Positions 52,776 to 64,000 of a stretch of DNA of 64,000 nucleotides are shown here, piece by piece. A program made the position numbers and the translations under genes. The notes below the pieces were generated by a model. That model worked only from the letters and a program-made list of their open reading frames with translations. It did no database searches and was not told the origin of the DNA. Numbering within the stretch: the stretch's first letter is position 1; every line of letters starts with the position of its first letter. This stretch comes from Mustelus asterias (lineage: Eukaryota): the NCBI RefSeq assembly GCF_964213995.1, contig NC_135808.1, positions 7,192,001 to 7,256,000 of the forward strand. The letters are read 5' to 3'.

Positions 52776-53997
52776 AAATGAGTTGTACAGATAGTACAGG
52801 GACCTGACCGCTGGTGGCGCTGTCAGCCAATGTTACCGTGAAATGGCACTTCGCCATCATGCTCACTTCATTCAGATCATGAGAGGAGATTCCATCGAGC
52901 AAGTATCGCCGGCTGACTGTTATGCAGCTCCACAATTCTGGAATCAAGTGCTCTCTGCCGCACAGAATCTTGCGTCAACTGCGCAAGCCACGCTGCATCA
53001 CAAAGAGATCAACAAACATCTTCTGAAATGTACCGACTGCTGGTACTTTGTGAAAATAAACATCTGGCTGACATAAAAACCCGCCGCTACCTTGGCTGAT
53101 CACCTTTCAATCTGTAGTTTGTTGAACATGTCTTTTCTCAAGCTATCTGGGTATTACTTCTACAGTAAATATCCTTCCTTCGGATTGTTACGCTTTAGGA
53201 TGCCGACACATGCACATGCAATGGAATTGCCGGAGCAATGCAAACTTCCGAATAGCTGAATTGTGCTGCCCGGGACCCTCTGCAAATGTCCCTTACGCAG
53301 AGTCGCTTATTCAGTGTGAGTGACTTTGCATTGCGTATCCCGATTTGTAACCTTAGAAAAGGTACGCTGTTCAATCACTGGCGTGACCCAGTGATAAACA
53401 GCGCACTGCCACCCCAATTTAGTCGACCTTCACCAACCTGACAGCTTACCAATGACCCTAACCCCTACGGACCTGTGTGCCTCACTCCCCAATACCCGGC
53501 ATCGACCAACCCAACCTGACCGACTGCCCTCCAGACAATCTAGTGATCGGACCCTCCCACCTACCCCAACTACCACCACCACTACTGGACACTCCCCTCC
53601 CCCCAGACTACCCAATCCTGATTGCTCCTCCCCGCAAGCAACCGACATATCTTCCCATCCCCCGATCAGCCTTCCGACCCCTCGCCCCATTCATCCTCAG
53701 ACCTAATCCCCACTCCGATTACCTGATACAGGCCCATTCACCAACTCACACACGCAGCCAGCCGTTCGCACAGCCATCCACCTACTTGCCCACTTACACA
53801 ACTACTTACTCACTCACTCACACACTCACACAATGACTCAGTCATTCAGCCAACTGCTTACCCACCCGCTCATCCGCTCACCCACCTGTTCCCCCTTCAC
53901 AGTCACTGATCACCCACACACTGAATGTCTTTGAGATCTGTAACCACTTCCCTGAATGCGGCAGCTGATGTTCTGACAAAGGGCAGTGCACCCCGCC

Positions 53998-54012
53998 CTG
54001 CCCCCTAGTGGG
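53998..54012 (-). promoter_or_regulatory. CTCF-like motif (CCCACTAGGGGGCAG) upstream of gene B exon 1
   Basis: Close match to the CTCF core consensus; motif only. Confidence 0.45.
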
Positions 54013-54159
54013 TGACTGCGTTGAAACATCGCTGTTGCAGCTGCGCCAGGAAATGCCGCCTGGATGGGCTGCGACCATCGCAGTCAACGGCCATGATCCC
54101 GAACATGGCCTCTGACAGAAATATGTATATCAATGACTAATGATCCAAGGCCTAGCTCA

Positions 54160-54292
54160 TTTCCGATACGATAAAAATGGCAACCGGAGATGACGGTGGT
54201 CATACGTTGCCTACCAGAAGTATATCACTGATTGATCAAGACCCTCCCCTTGAGATCAGACAGAGGTTGGTTGCAGCAGTTTCACTCAGAAG
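54160..54292 (+). promoter_or_regulatory. Candidate promoter/non-coding exon 1 of gene B
   Basis: Paralogous to 28820-28941 (accggagatgac, gttgcctacca, gcagcagtttca.tcagaag|gtaatg). Confidence 0.6.
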
Positions 54293-55075
54293 GTAATGGT
54301 TCGACTTTGTAACTGATGCGCACAGCAATATAACAGTTATTCCAACTTGATGTCTCCATCTGCTTGTCTTGCTCAATCTAATGCAAAGATGTCCTATTAA
54401 ACATTAACAAAGCAGGTAAATTGATGTGACTATTTAAATTATTAACAGCTGGAAGGTACAGCCTGTATATATGGTTCTTTGGAGTTTCCTGGCGAATTCT
54501 TCTCCCTCAATCATCACTTGTAGAGAAAGGTAATTTAGTCTTGGGTACATTTCTACTCATGGGAGCTTGCTGCGGTCAAATTGGCAACCCTCGTTTCCTA
54601 CATTGCAATCCTACTTTTCCAAAGTAGTTCGCTGTACTGAATGCTCTTTGCCAAATCTAATGGTCCGGAGGGAGGATATGAAGTCGAGTTTCTCATTATT
54701 CTTTACTTCTTTGTCCGCTATAATCAAGAAGGATTTTAACTAATCCGTCCGTCCTCTCAAGATGTAACGAAAGATTATTTTCTGAAGCCGAGGCCGTGGT
54801 TAATTTCCACGAGGGTTATAACTGGACGCTACATTTCCTAGTGTGTTTAATGCTTAATAAATTAGACCAGATTCTCAATTAATTTCAAACAGGAAATCGG
54901 TTAGAATTCCTGCCAGTTAATCTCCACTGTTGCATTGCAGCGACCTCCGGCGAAAACGACAAATGCACTAAATTTAACTGCTCCACTTTTTTTTTGTTCA
55001 CAATGTTGAATGAATTGCTCTGAAAAATGTTATAAAAGAAATACTACTCATTTGTCCACAGGTAACCGCGCAGCC

Positions 55076-55118
55076 ATGCTATGCAACAGAATCGTTTGGT
55101 CATTGCTGTTGCTCCCTC
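55076..55118 (+). CDS. NCR3: NCR3/NKp30-like gene B, leader exon (MLCNRIVWSLLLLP, phase 1)
   Basis: Acceptor tttgtccacag ends at 55061; gccATG; donor C|GTAAGT; same length and phase as in gene A. Confidence 0.85.
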
Positions 55119-55364
55119 GTAAGTAATCTGCACCCGGGCTCTCTTATGTGTCTATGAATAAGCATATGTACACACACGCATACACACAGAGTTACACATC
55201 CACACGGATACTTGTTATCGAGGTTTATGCACCCATTTATACGCATATTGTATATCTACTTATATTAGATACAAACATTTAAATATTTCACGCAGAGGCA
55301 TCGATACACACATCTGTAAACATATCATCTACATTATTCAGATACGTACTTCATATAGAGGTAT

Positions 55365-55634
55365 AAATGCATATGCATGAACATATTGCACACACACACA
55401 TCCACACGCACAGATACGCACGCACACATACTCCCACATGCATGTGCACACACATACATATACACAAATGAACACGCACACATGCCAACATACACACACA
55501 CACACACACACATACACTCAGGCACACACGGACACATCCATACGCTCAAACGCACACACATAGGCACATACACCAACACACACACAGACACACACAAACA
55601 CACACACACACACACACACACATACACACACACA
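55365..55634. repeat. Degenerate (CA)n microsatellite region in gene B intron 2
   Basis: Directly visible. Confidence 0.95.
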
Positions 55635-56648
55635 GGACGTACTGGCAAATAACTGAAGCCCCTCATCCCGAGAACCATTCTCGTGAATCTTTTTCGCAAT
55701 TTCGTCAAGTCATTCAAATCATTTTTGGGATGCCGGAATGGCGTATGGGGAGAGATTGGGTCCATTCGGATCACAGAAGAGTTCAGATGGAGCTCAGACA
55801 AATGTGGGGTGATCTCATAGATACCGATAATATTCTAACAGGACGAGACAGGCAGGAAGGGATATTCCCGATGGTGGGGTGTCCAGAACCAGGGGACACT
55901 GCCTAAGGATACAGGATAAACAGTTTAGGTCTGAGATGAGGAGGAAGTTCTTCACTCAGAGAGTGGTGAGCCCGTGACTTCGCTAGCACAGAAAGCAGTT
56001 GAATGCGAAACATTGTATGTTTTCAAGAAGGAATTAGGTATAGCTCTTGAGGCTAAACGGATCAAATGATATTGAGGAGAAGCGGGAATAGGGTACTGAG
56101 TTGGATGATCAGCAATTAATATAATGAATGATGGGAAAGGCTGGAAGGGCTGAATTGCGTATTCCTGCCCCTCTTTTCTATGTTCCTATGTTTGTAAAGT
56201 GCGATGGCCAAAATATTATTTTACACAGGGTTGAAATAACCTATGTGCCCCATTAATAAATGCTGTATACTTCATTAACTCCCATTCTGCCACCTTCAAT
56301 GACTTACGTACATACACATCGGGGTGGCTCTGTTCCTACAGACTTGGACCCTTTATTTTTCTCTTGGTTCTTCGTGTTTTTTCTACCAAAACGAATCACT
56401 TCACAATTCTCTGCGTTAAATTAAACCTCCCATTTGACCTCCGGTTCCAGCAAACTGTCCATATGCCATTTCGAACTCCTCCACTATCCTCATCGCCCTT
56501 CACAATGCTTTCAAATTTTTTATGGTCCACAACTTTAGAAAATTGTGCATTGTGAATCAAGGTCATTTATACATGCAATGTCACAGGTTTCTTATTCCTT
56601 GTCGCTCTTTGGCGATTGTGCAGAGACGGAGCTGCAACTCCTCCTCGC

Positions 56649-56723
56649 AACAATGTAGCGTGGAGCGACTATTACTGAGGTTATTGCATGTTTACCGGAG
56701 TTACCGACTCTAGAGTTACAGTC
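56649..56723 (+). pseudogene. Truncated relic of an NCR3-like V exon 5' end with a dead acceptor
   Basis: tgtttaccg|gagttaccgactctagagttacagtc matches the start of the gene B V exon (tgtttacag|gagttactgactctagagttacagtc), with AG changed to CG. Homology stops after about 9 codons. Confidence 0.8.
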
Positions 56724-58379
56724 TACCAAGCAAGGATCGAGAATGATAAGGATTGTTGATCCTGTTTCCCTCTTTGCGATTAGGCGGACATTCTAATTTG
56801 TCTTTATATGCGCAAGAAGAGTCTGGCTAAAAAAAAGACAGGTAACCACTAAGACTTAATATTTTCGACTCGCTGGCTGGAGTGAAAACCTGGAGTGCGC
56901 TTGACCTCTTGCCGAAAAAGTGCCCGATTTTCCTACAATTTGGATTCTAATTCATCACCAGTTTTTTTATACGCGCCTAGTTTGTAACGTAGCCCTCCCA
57001 GCTCGTGTAAGATAGCATTTGCATTAAAGCGTAATATTCACGCTTCTGACCTGCTTTCGGCAACACAGTGGAGCCAATGACATACTTGCAAGTAGAGACT
57101 TCAATTGTTCTGCAGCAGCTGCCGTCAGCGCCAGTTAAAACGCATTGTAGTCAATTCCCATTAAATAAAGGGCAGCTTCAGTCTCATTGCTCCTCTTTAT
57201 TTGTGGTTTAGACTGAGGGGTGGAAAGAAAAGTCTCAGACAGCAGACTCTAAGATAGATTGCACATCAGAAATAAAGCTGGAAAATATCACGCGGAATTC
57301 AGGCATTACTCAGTGTACACTCAGGTCGGGCAATGGCTGGCGAGAAACAGGGAGACAGAGCGAGAGACTCTCCGCCCTGTCTCCCTGTGTGGTGGCGCGT
57401 TGTTTGCCAGCGGCAGGATTCACTGGTGCCACCGCTGTCAATGGGGAGGCGATGGCCTAGTGGTATTTTCGCTAGACTATTAATCCAGAAACTCAGCTAA
57501 TGTTCTGGGGACCCGTGTCCGAATCCCACCATGGCGGCTGGTGGAATTTGAATGCAACACAAAATACCTGGAATTAAAAATCTATTGATGACTATGAAAC
57601 CATTGTCGATTGTCGGAAAACCCCATCTGGTTCACCAATGTCCTTTAGGAAAGCAAATCTGCCGTTCTTACCTGGTCTGCAGTTCATATGACTTCAGAGC
57701 CATAGCAATGCAGTTGACTCTCAACTACCCTTGGGCAACTAGGGGTGGACAATAAATGCGGGTCCAGCAAGCCATGCCCATGTTCCATGAACGAATGAAA
57801 AAATATCCCATTGACGTTACCCCATGCCAGCAAGAAACCGGCGGGAGAATCCCGCCAGTGTGAATGGCAAAAGAATGGCGGCCAGGATCTTTTAGGCTTA
57901 AGTGTTAATTTTACTTATTAGTTTCAAAGTAGTCTTACATTGACACTGCAATGAAGTCATTGTGAAAAGCCCTCAGTCGCCACACTCCGACGCCTGTTCG
58001 GGTACACTGAGGGAGAATTCAGCATTGCCAATGCACCCTAACCAGCACATCTTTCGGACTGTGGGAGGAAACCGGAGCACCTGGAGGAAACCCACGCAGA
58101 CACAGGGAGAAGGTGCAGACTCCGCACAGACAGTGACCCAAGCCGGGAATCGAACCCGGGTCCCTAGCACTGTGAGGCAGCAGTGCTAACCACTGTGTCA
58201 CCATCCCATAAATCGATGACCCTTCTTCAGAAAACTGAAACGTTAAAATGACCCGTTGTGCAACTGAATTGCTTGTTGCTGTTAGCTGTGATATCCATTT
58301 CAGAGCCCAATGTTTCTGTAACTCAAAACCAACAATGTCGAGTGGCCTGACTGTTAATGAGGACATTTTATGTTTACAG

Positions 58380-58733
58380 GAGTTACTGACTCTAGAGTTA
58401 CAGTCAAGCAAACACCGAACTCTGTCAGTGTTAAACAAGGCGACACCTTCCATCTGTATTGTAGCTTCAGTGAGAATGCGACCGATTCAAGAAACGAAGC
58501 CATTGGTTCAATCACTTGGTATAAAGATTCCCGAACCTGTAAAGTCTGCAACAACTGCGGAGAATATATCGGACGTGTTCAGAATTCTGATGTATCTTCC
58601 TTCCGCAAATACAGAAACGCATCCATATCAATAACCGATGTGAACCTGAACGACACAGGGAAGTATTACTGTGAGGTGGAGCTTCTGATCGGCGGAAAGG
58701 GGACCGGAGAAGGAATAGATGTCACAGTAAATA
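58380..58733 (+). CDS. NCR3: NCR3/NKp30-like gene B, VJ-type Ig V exon (354 nt, phase 1-1)
   Basis: Acceptor tttacag|GA, donor A|GTGAGT; AIGSITW, DTGKYYC, GKGTGEG. 32 of 118 aa differ from gene A (manual count). Confidence 0.93.
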
Positions 58734-61700
58734 GTGAGTTTGTGTTGCACGTGTAACCGCACGTTCTTTCCAAATAAACACGTAAATGGGAATTAGGGAT
58801 AATTAATCCTCCCGCACATTGAAAGTCTGCCACGCTGGGTCCTGCCCACACAAATTGTACGCTTACGAGATCGGATGCAACCCTCAGGGTTTCACTCTGT
58901 CCGAGTTTACTATGCTTCTACAATAGTGGAGGAGATTTCTGGGCCAGGTATAAAGCCGGCAGTCACAGCAGCATAGAATGGTTTCAGCTCCCGGTGTCTG
59001 TGCAGGCTCGTTGTGCAAGCTCACTTCTGGAGCAACACAATGTGCCCCAATCCCTGGCACTTTTCTGAAACCGTATCACATTCTATTTTGAACGTTAGAA
59101 CCTTATTTAATTCTCTTTTAAAACTCAGAATTAGCTGCCTCCAACACACTCTGAACCAGTGGACCCCAGATCCTAACCACTCAGTGCGTGAAATGAATGC
59201 TTTATTTCCCTCATGCCCTTGTTGGCTCGTTGGCGGATCACCTGAAATCCATCTCATCTCCTTCTCGACACTATCATAATAAGGAGCAGTTTCACTCCAA
59301 CTAGTCTGTCCAGATCCTCGTGATTGTGTACGCCTCTATGATATCTCTTTTTAACCTCTCTCCTTCGAGGAGAAACAAGCCGAGAGGGTTCTCCAATCTG
59401 TCCACTTACTGAAGTCTCTCAAACCTGGAAATATTTTTGTAAATCGTTTCTGCATACTCTGCAAAGCCTTAACATCGTTATGGAAAGTTTGGCACCCAGA
59501 ATTGGGAACAATGCCCCAGTTGAGGCCGAACTGGCGTTTTTTTTTAAATCGCCATAGCTTCCTTACTTCTGCATTCAATGCCTCCGTTTAAAAAGCCTTG
59601 AATGCTGTATGCCTTGCGAATCACTTTCTCAACTCGCCCTGGTAATTCCATCGATTTCTGCACATATGCCCTCATAGGGGATTTTCACTTCATTGCAGTG
59701 TTAATGTAAGCCTACTTGTGACACTAATATTTTTTAAAAATTCATTCGTGGGACATGGGCATCGCTGACTAGGCCAGCATTTATTGCCCATCCCTAGTTG
59801 CCATTGAGAAGGTGGTGGTGAGCAGCCTTCTTGAATCGCTGCAGTCCATGACAGCGGACTGCAGTCCATGACATTAACTTAACTTTAACTCACATATTTC
59901 CTGTCCCTCCATGTGTCCCGCCCTCCTGACAATTCAGCGATGCATCTCAACTGTCCCTGGGGAACTTTCAACTTAAAGTGAGTTGGCCTATCGAATACTG
60001 CCCTTTACAATTTTTTTGCTACCATATCCAGAAACTTCATTATCTCATCTTTAGTTCCGACTTTGGCATCATTGTCTTCCTTATTAATAACACATACAAA
60101 ACATTAATTTGTTCCTCAGCCATTCCTTATACCTCCATGCATAGATCACGTCTTTAGTCCTTAATCGCCCCGACCCTTGCCCTACTCACCAGTTTCTATT
60201 AAAGTGCTTGTAGACTTTTGGATTCCTTCATGTTAGCTGCCAATCACTCCTTATGGTTTCCCTTCGCCTCTTCGATTTCCTTTTTTCTCTCTCTTTCTTC
60301 CTATTTTCAGTCTGCTTCTTATTTGTATTGATACTAAATTAAGAACAGACAGTCAACCATAATTTATTCCCTACCTCATCATGCAGCGAGTGCTAATATT
60401 GTTTGTCCTGATTGTTTCCCTTGTGGGATTTTATTTCTATTCATTCGTCGGACATGGGCATCACTGCCTGGTCAGCATTTAATGCCCATCCCAAGTTACC
60501 CTTGGGAAGGTGATGGTGAACTTCCTTTTTGAAACGATGATACAACGGAATGGCTTGCTAGGCCATTTCAGAGGGAAGTTGAGAGTCAACCACATTGCTG
60601 TGGCACTGGAGTCACATGTTGGCCAGAACAGGCAAGGACGGCAGATTTCCTTCCCTAAAGAATATTACTGAACCAGATGGGGTTTTCCAACAATCCACAA
60701 TGGTTTCATTGTCATCAGTACATTCTTAATTGCTTATATATTTTTTATTGAATTCAAATTCCACCACCTGCATGGTGTGATTCGAACCCTCCCCAGAACA
60801 TTAACTGAGTTTCAGATGAATAGTCATGTAGGTAGGCATAGGTATTAAAGCTATAAGTTCATGTTACATTCTGCAAAAATACCCAGCTGCTGTTACATAA
60901 ACACGAACAGAGCGAAATAGGAGCAGCAATTGGTTATCATTGGATTGTGGCTCCAACGTCACATCCCGCCTGCCTACCATGACTCTGATTCCCTTGTTAA
61001 CCACGACCACATTACAGTGGAATGGGTGAAGCTATACGAACTTCATTTCTAGAATAATCCTAATGTAAAAAAAGTGACGGAAAAGTAAACTCGACTTGGC
61101 GATCCTTTCTGCATTATTTGTTGTGACGTGACGACAGTGTGACAATAGTTGCCACAAGGGAGTCATCCTTCCAAGAATTGGAATGAGACAAGTCAGAATA
61201 GAAAGGAGGATTCTAGTCAGGTGGGGATTCACCAGACCATTCTCTTTCTACATGTCTGATATCAAGAAGCTGTATTGGCGAAATAGGCAAACAAAATATT
61301 GAAACACACTTTCCTCTCCACCAGCAGAAATAATAACATGGCAGTAAGAACATAGATTGTCACAGCCAGCTGCTGAGTCAGAACTCGAGATATCCTCAGG
61401 GATGTCAAAATACAGCAATAAAAATTCAGGCTCCAGCTCATGGTAAAGAAATAATTTATTTGTATGCCAAACAAATTCGAGAGAGGGGTGTGGGGGCGGT
61501 TGGGGGGGGGGGGCGTGGGGGTGGAGGAGGATGGGGTGGGGAGAGAGAGAGAGAGCTGTGCAGAACATTGTACAATTGCTCACTTCACCATCCCCCTACA
61601 ATCAACCAAACGATCTCCGAGGAAATCTTGTATTCACCGAACTGGCACATTCTACTGGCTTTATCTGCTCACCATCTCTCTGCACCAATGCTCTTGACTC

Positions 61701-61952
61701 TCACCCTAAGTTGCTTTGCTTTCAACTAAAATGTACGACCAGCAATGGCAATCAGCCAAACACAAATGGGGATGGAGGCTGACACATTATTTTGACTTTT
61801 CTGCTCATTAGCTTGGGGCTCTGTGCATCGAGGTGCTGAAACTTACCTGCGGTTTCTCAACTGAAGCACGAAGCCCAGAATAGTTCCCCACATCGAAAAC
61901 ACAGTAGCAGATGGAAAGAAAAGCATTTTTTACTGTTCTTTTCTCTCTAAAG

Positions 61953-62090
61953 GTCATGTTGATTCTGAAGTGACAACGCCTCCAAGCCAATGGAACACAT
62001 ATCTGCTTATTATCTCAGTGCTGGCCTTTGTGGTACTCGCTCTCATCCTAACTAAACTAATTTTTATTCTGCAATGCTGTGGACCACCAG
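61953..62090 (+). CDS. NCR3: NCR3/NKp30-like gene B, stalk/TM exon (SHVDSEVTTPPSQWNTYLLIISVLAFVVLALILTKLIFILQCCGPP, phase 1-1); gene continues beyond the window
   Basis: Acceptor ttttctctctaaag, donor CAG|GTAATT, no stop; homologous to the gene A TM exon but with Leu (CTG 62003-62005) in place of Arg. Confidence 0.85.
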
Positions 62091-62654
62091 GTAATTATTC
62101 TGAATTCAGCCTATTTTACAACAAGGCATGAATGACTATTTGTCTGAAGAATAGCATGGCTGATCTATGGCTTACATTGTTATACACTTACAATGTCTCT
62201 GAAATAATCAGCATGATTAATAATTGCAGTAATACCAGTATTTCCATGAATGTTCTTATTTTCCAAAAGGAATTTTTAAAGTTAAATGTTTATTTATTAG
62301 TCACAAGTAAGTCTCACATTAACACTGCAATGAAGTTACTGCTAAATTCCCCTAGTCGTCACTGTCCGGCGCCTGTTAGGGTCAATGCACTTAACCAGCG
62401 CGTTTTTCAGAATGTGGGAGTAAACCCAATCACCCAGAGGAAACCCGTACAGATATAGGGAGACTGTACACAGATAGCCACCCAAGCTGGGAATCGAACC
62501 TGGGTCCCTGGCGCTGTGAAGCAGCAGTGCTAACCACTGTGCAACCATGCCGCCCACTAGTTACGTTAAATTTAGAAAATTATTTATAACCTTGCATAAC
62601 TTGAAGCTGCAAATATCATGGGTCGTGTCATAGGTATATATTAATTATATAGAA

Positions 62655-64000
62655 TAAACGGGAGAGTCAGGCCACTCGGCTCAACCAATCCATGCCGCTC
62701 TTTATGGTCCATTCAAACCTCCTCCTAACTTTTTAAAATCTAAATGTATCGTTATAACCATTTATAACTTATTCCCTCATTTGCTTGTGTGCATTACCTT
62801 ACGTGTGTCTATACGATTCGCATCAACCAGCCCCTGTGGTAACAAGTCCCACATTTTTACCAGCTTTTGGGTAATGAGGTTTCTTCTGAATTCCCTATCG
62901 GATTTCTTTGCCACCATATTATATTGATGGCTTCTATTTATATACTTTCCCACAAGAGGAATCATTCTCTTCATATCCACTCCATCAAACTTTTCATAAT
63001 TTTTAAAGTCCTGTTTTCGTTATTAATTCGAACATTATTTTCCAAGAGAGGTGGGAAGGAGCCTCCCGATCTGTTCCTGATACCCATGAGGTTCTGGTAT
63101 CATTCTTGTATATCTTCGCCACATCCTCTCCAGTGTCTCTATATCATTTTCATAACATGCCCACCATAGCTATACTCTGCATTCTAAGTGCAATCTAACC
63201 AAGATTCAATGCAGGTTTAGCATAATTTCCCTACTTCCAATTTTCTCCCCCTAGAAATAACGGCTAGTATTTGACTTGCTTTGCTCATCTGTAGGCAATC
63301 TTTAGTGATTGATGTATTTGCACTGTGAAACCCTTCTGCTCCTGTACCCCACTTAGGCGTGCACCTTACAGGTAATAAATTACCTCCCTATTCTTCCTAC
63401 TAACATGTACCATTTTACCTTTAAATGTTGAAATGTATTTGCCAATTTACTTCCCTTTCTTCAATTTTATTAATATTCCTATGCAATTTGTTGGAGACCT
63501 CCTCAATATTAGCGATCTCCCAAAGTAGGGTCATTTAGAAATTGTGCGATTGATTCGAAAGCCAATTTGTTAATGTAAGCACCGAGCATCAGCGGTCTCA
63601 ACACTGATCCTTGTGAACTACAATTTTATTCATTCTGAATGACTGCTCTTTGATTCTACTCTCTGTTTTCTGGCTTGACGTCAGATAGCTTACCATTCTG
63701 GCACCTATCCCCTAGCTACACATTTTCTGGTCTTGTTCATTAGTCCAGACAGCTTATCAATTCCTTTAGAAAATCCTGATAAATAACATCCATTCCATTG
63801 CCGTTCTTTGCTCTTTCTTTTACCTCCACAGAAAATCAAAGAGAAGACAATAAGACCAAAAGACATAGGAGCAGAATTAGGCCACTCGGCCCATCGAATC
63901 TGCTCCGCCATTTATCATGGCTGATATTTTTCTCTTCCCCATTCTCCTGCCTTTATCCCATAACCCCTGATCCCCTTATTAATCAAGATCCTATGTATCT
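62655..64000 (-). mobile_element. Old antisense CR1 (~62655-63850) with a younger CR1 3' end inserted at ~63850
   Basis: Degenerate MDVIYQDFLK and RGH/QKLV..W..LP motifs; the young tail matches 20520-20640. Confidence 0.75.

Noticed and set aside
63800-64000. Strong-looking acceptor (cttttacctccacag|) with an open phase-1 frame, as gene B's cytoplasmic exon
   Set aside because: The reverse strand reads VEVKERAKNGNGMDVIYQDFLK, a degenerate CR1 RT segment, followed by a younger CR1 tail. The acceptor is antisense LINE sequence rather than a native exon.

Overview
Repeat-dense eukaryotic DNA, most likely from a shark: it has many tRNA-derived HE1/V-type SINEs plus CR1, Rex1/Babar, Tx1 and Penelope retroelements and Harbinger-like non-autonomous DNA transposons. 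Almost all ORFs in the supplied track derive from repeats. The real protein-coding content is two tandem + strand paralogues of an NCR3/NKp30-like receptor with a single non-rearranging VJ-type Ig domain. Each has a candidate 5'UTR exon, a leader exon, a V exon and a TM exon: gene A spans about 28.8-40.6 kb and gene B about 54.2 kb to beyond the window end. They look like a paired-receptor set. Gene A has a transmembrane Arg and a tail cut short by a SINE inserted inside the TM exon, which supplies the last codons and the stop; the exon remnant beyond the SINE has a dead splice donor. Gene B has Leu at that position and an intact donor to cytoplasmic exon(s) outside the window. Other notable structures are a Harbinger-like element carrying an inverted pair of RPL39 processed pseudogenes, a U2 snRNA-SINE chimeric retrocopy, and a ~1.1-kb Penelope palindrome with hammerhead-ribozyme motifs inside gene A. 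Coordinates and counts were read by eye; repeat boundaries are approximate.
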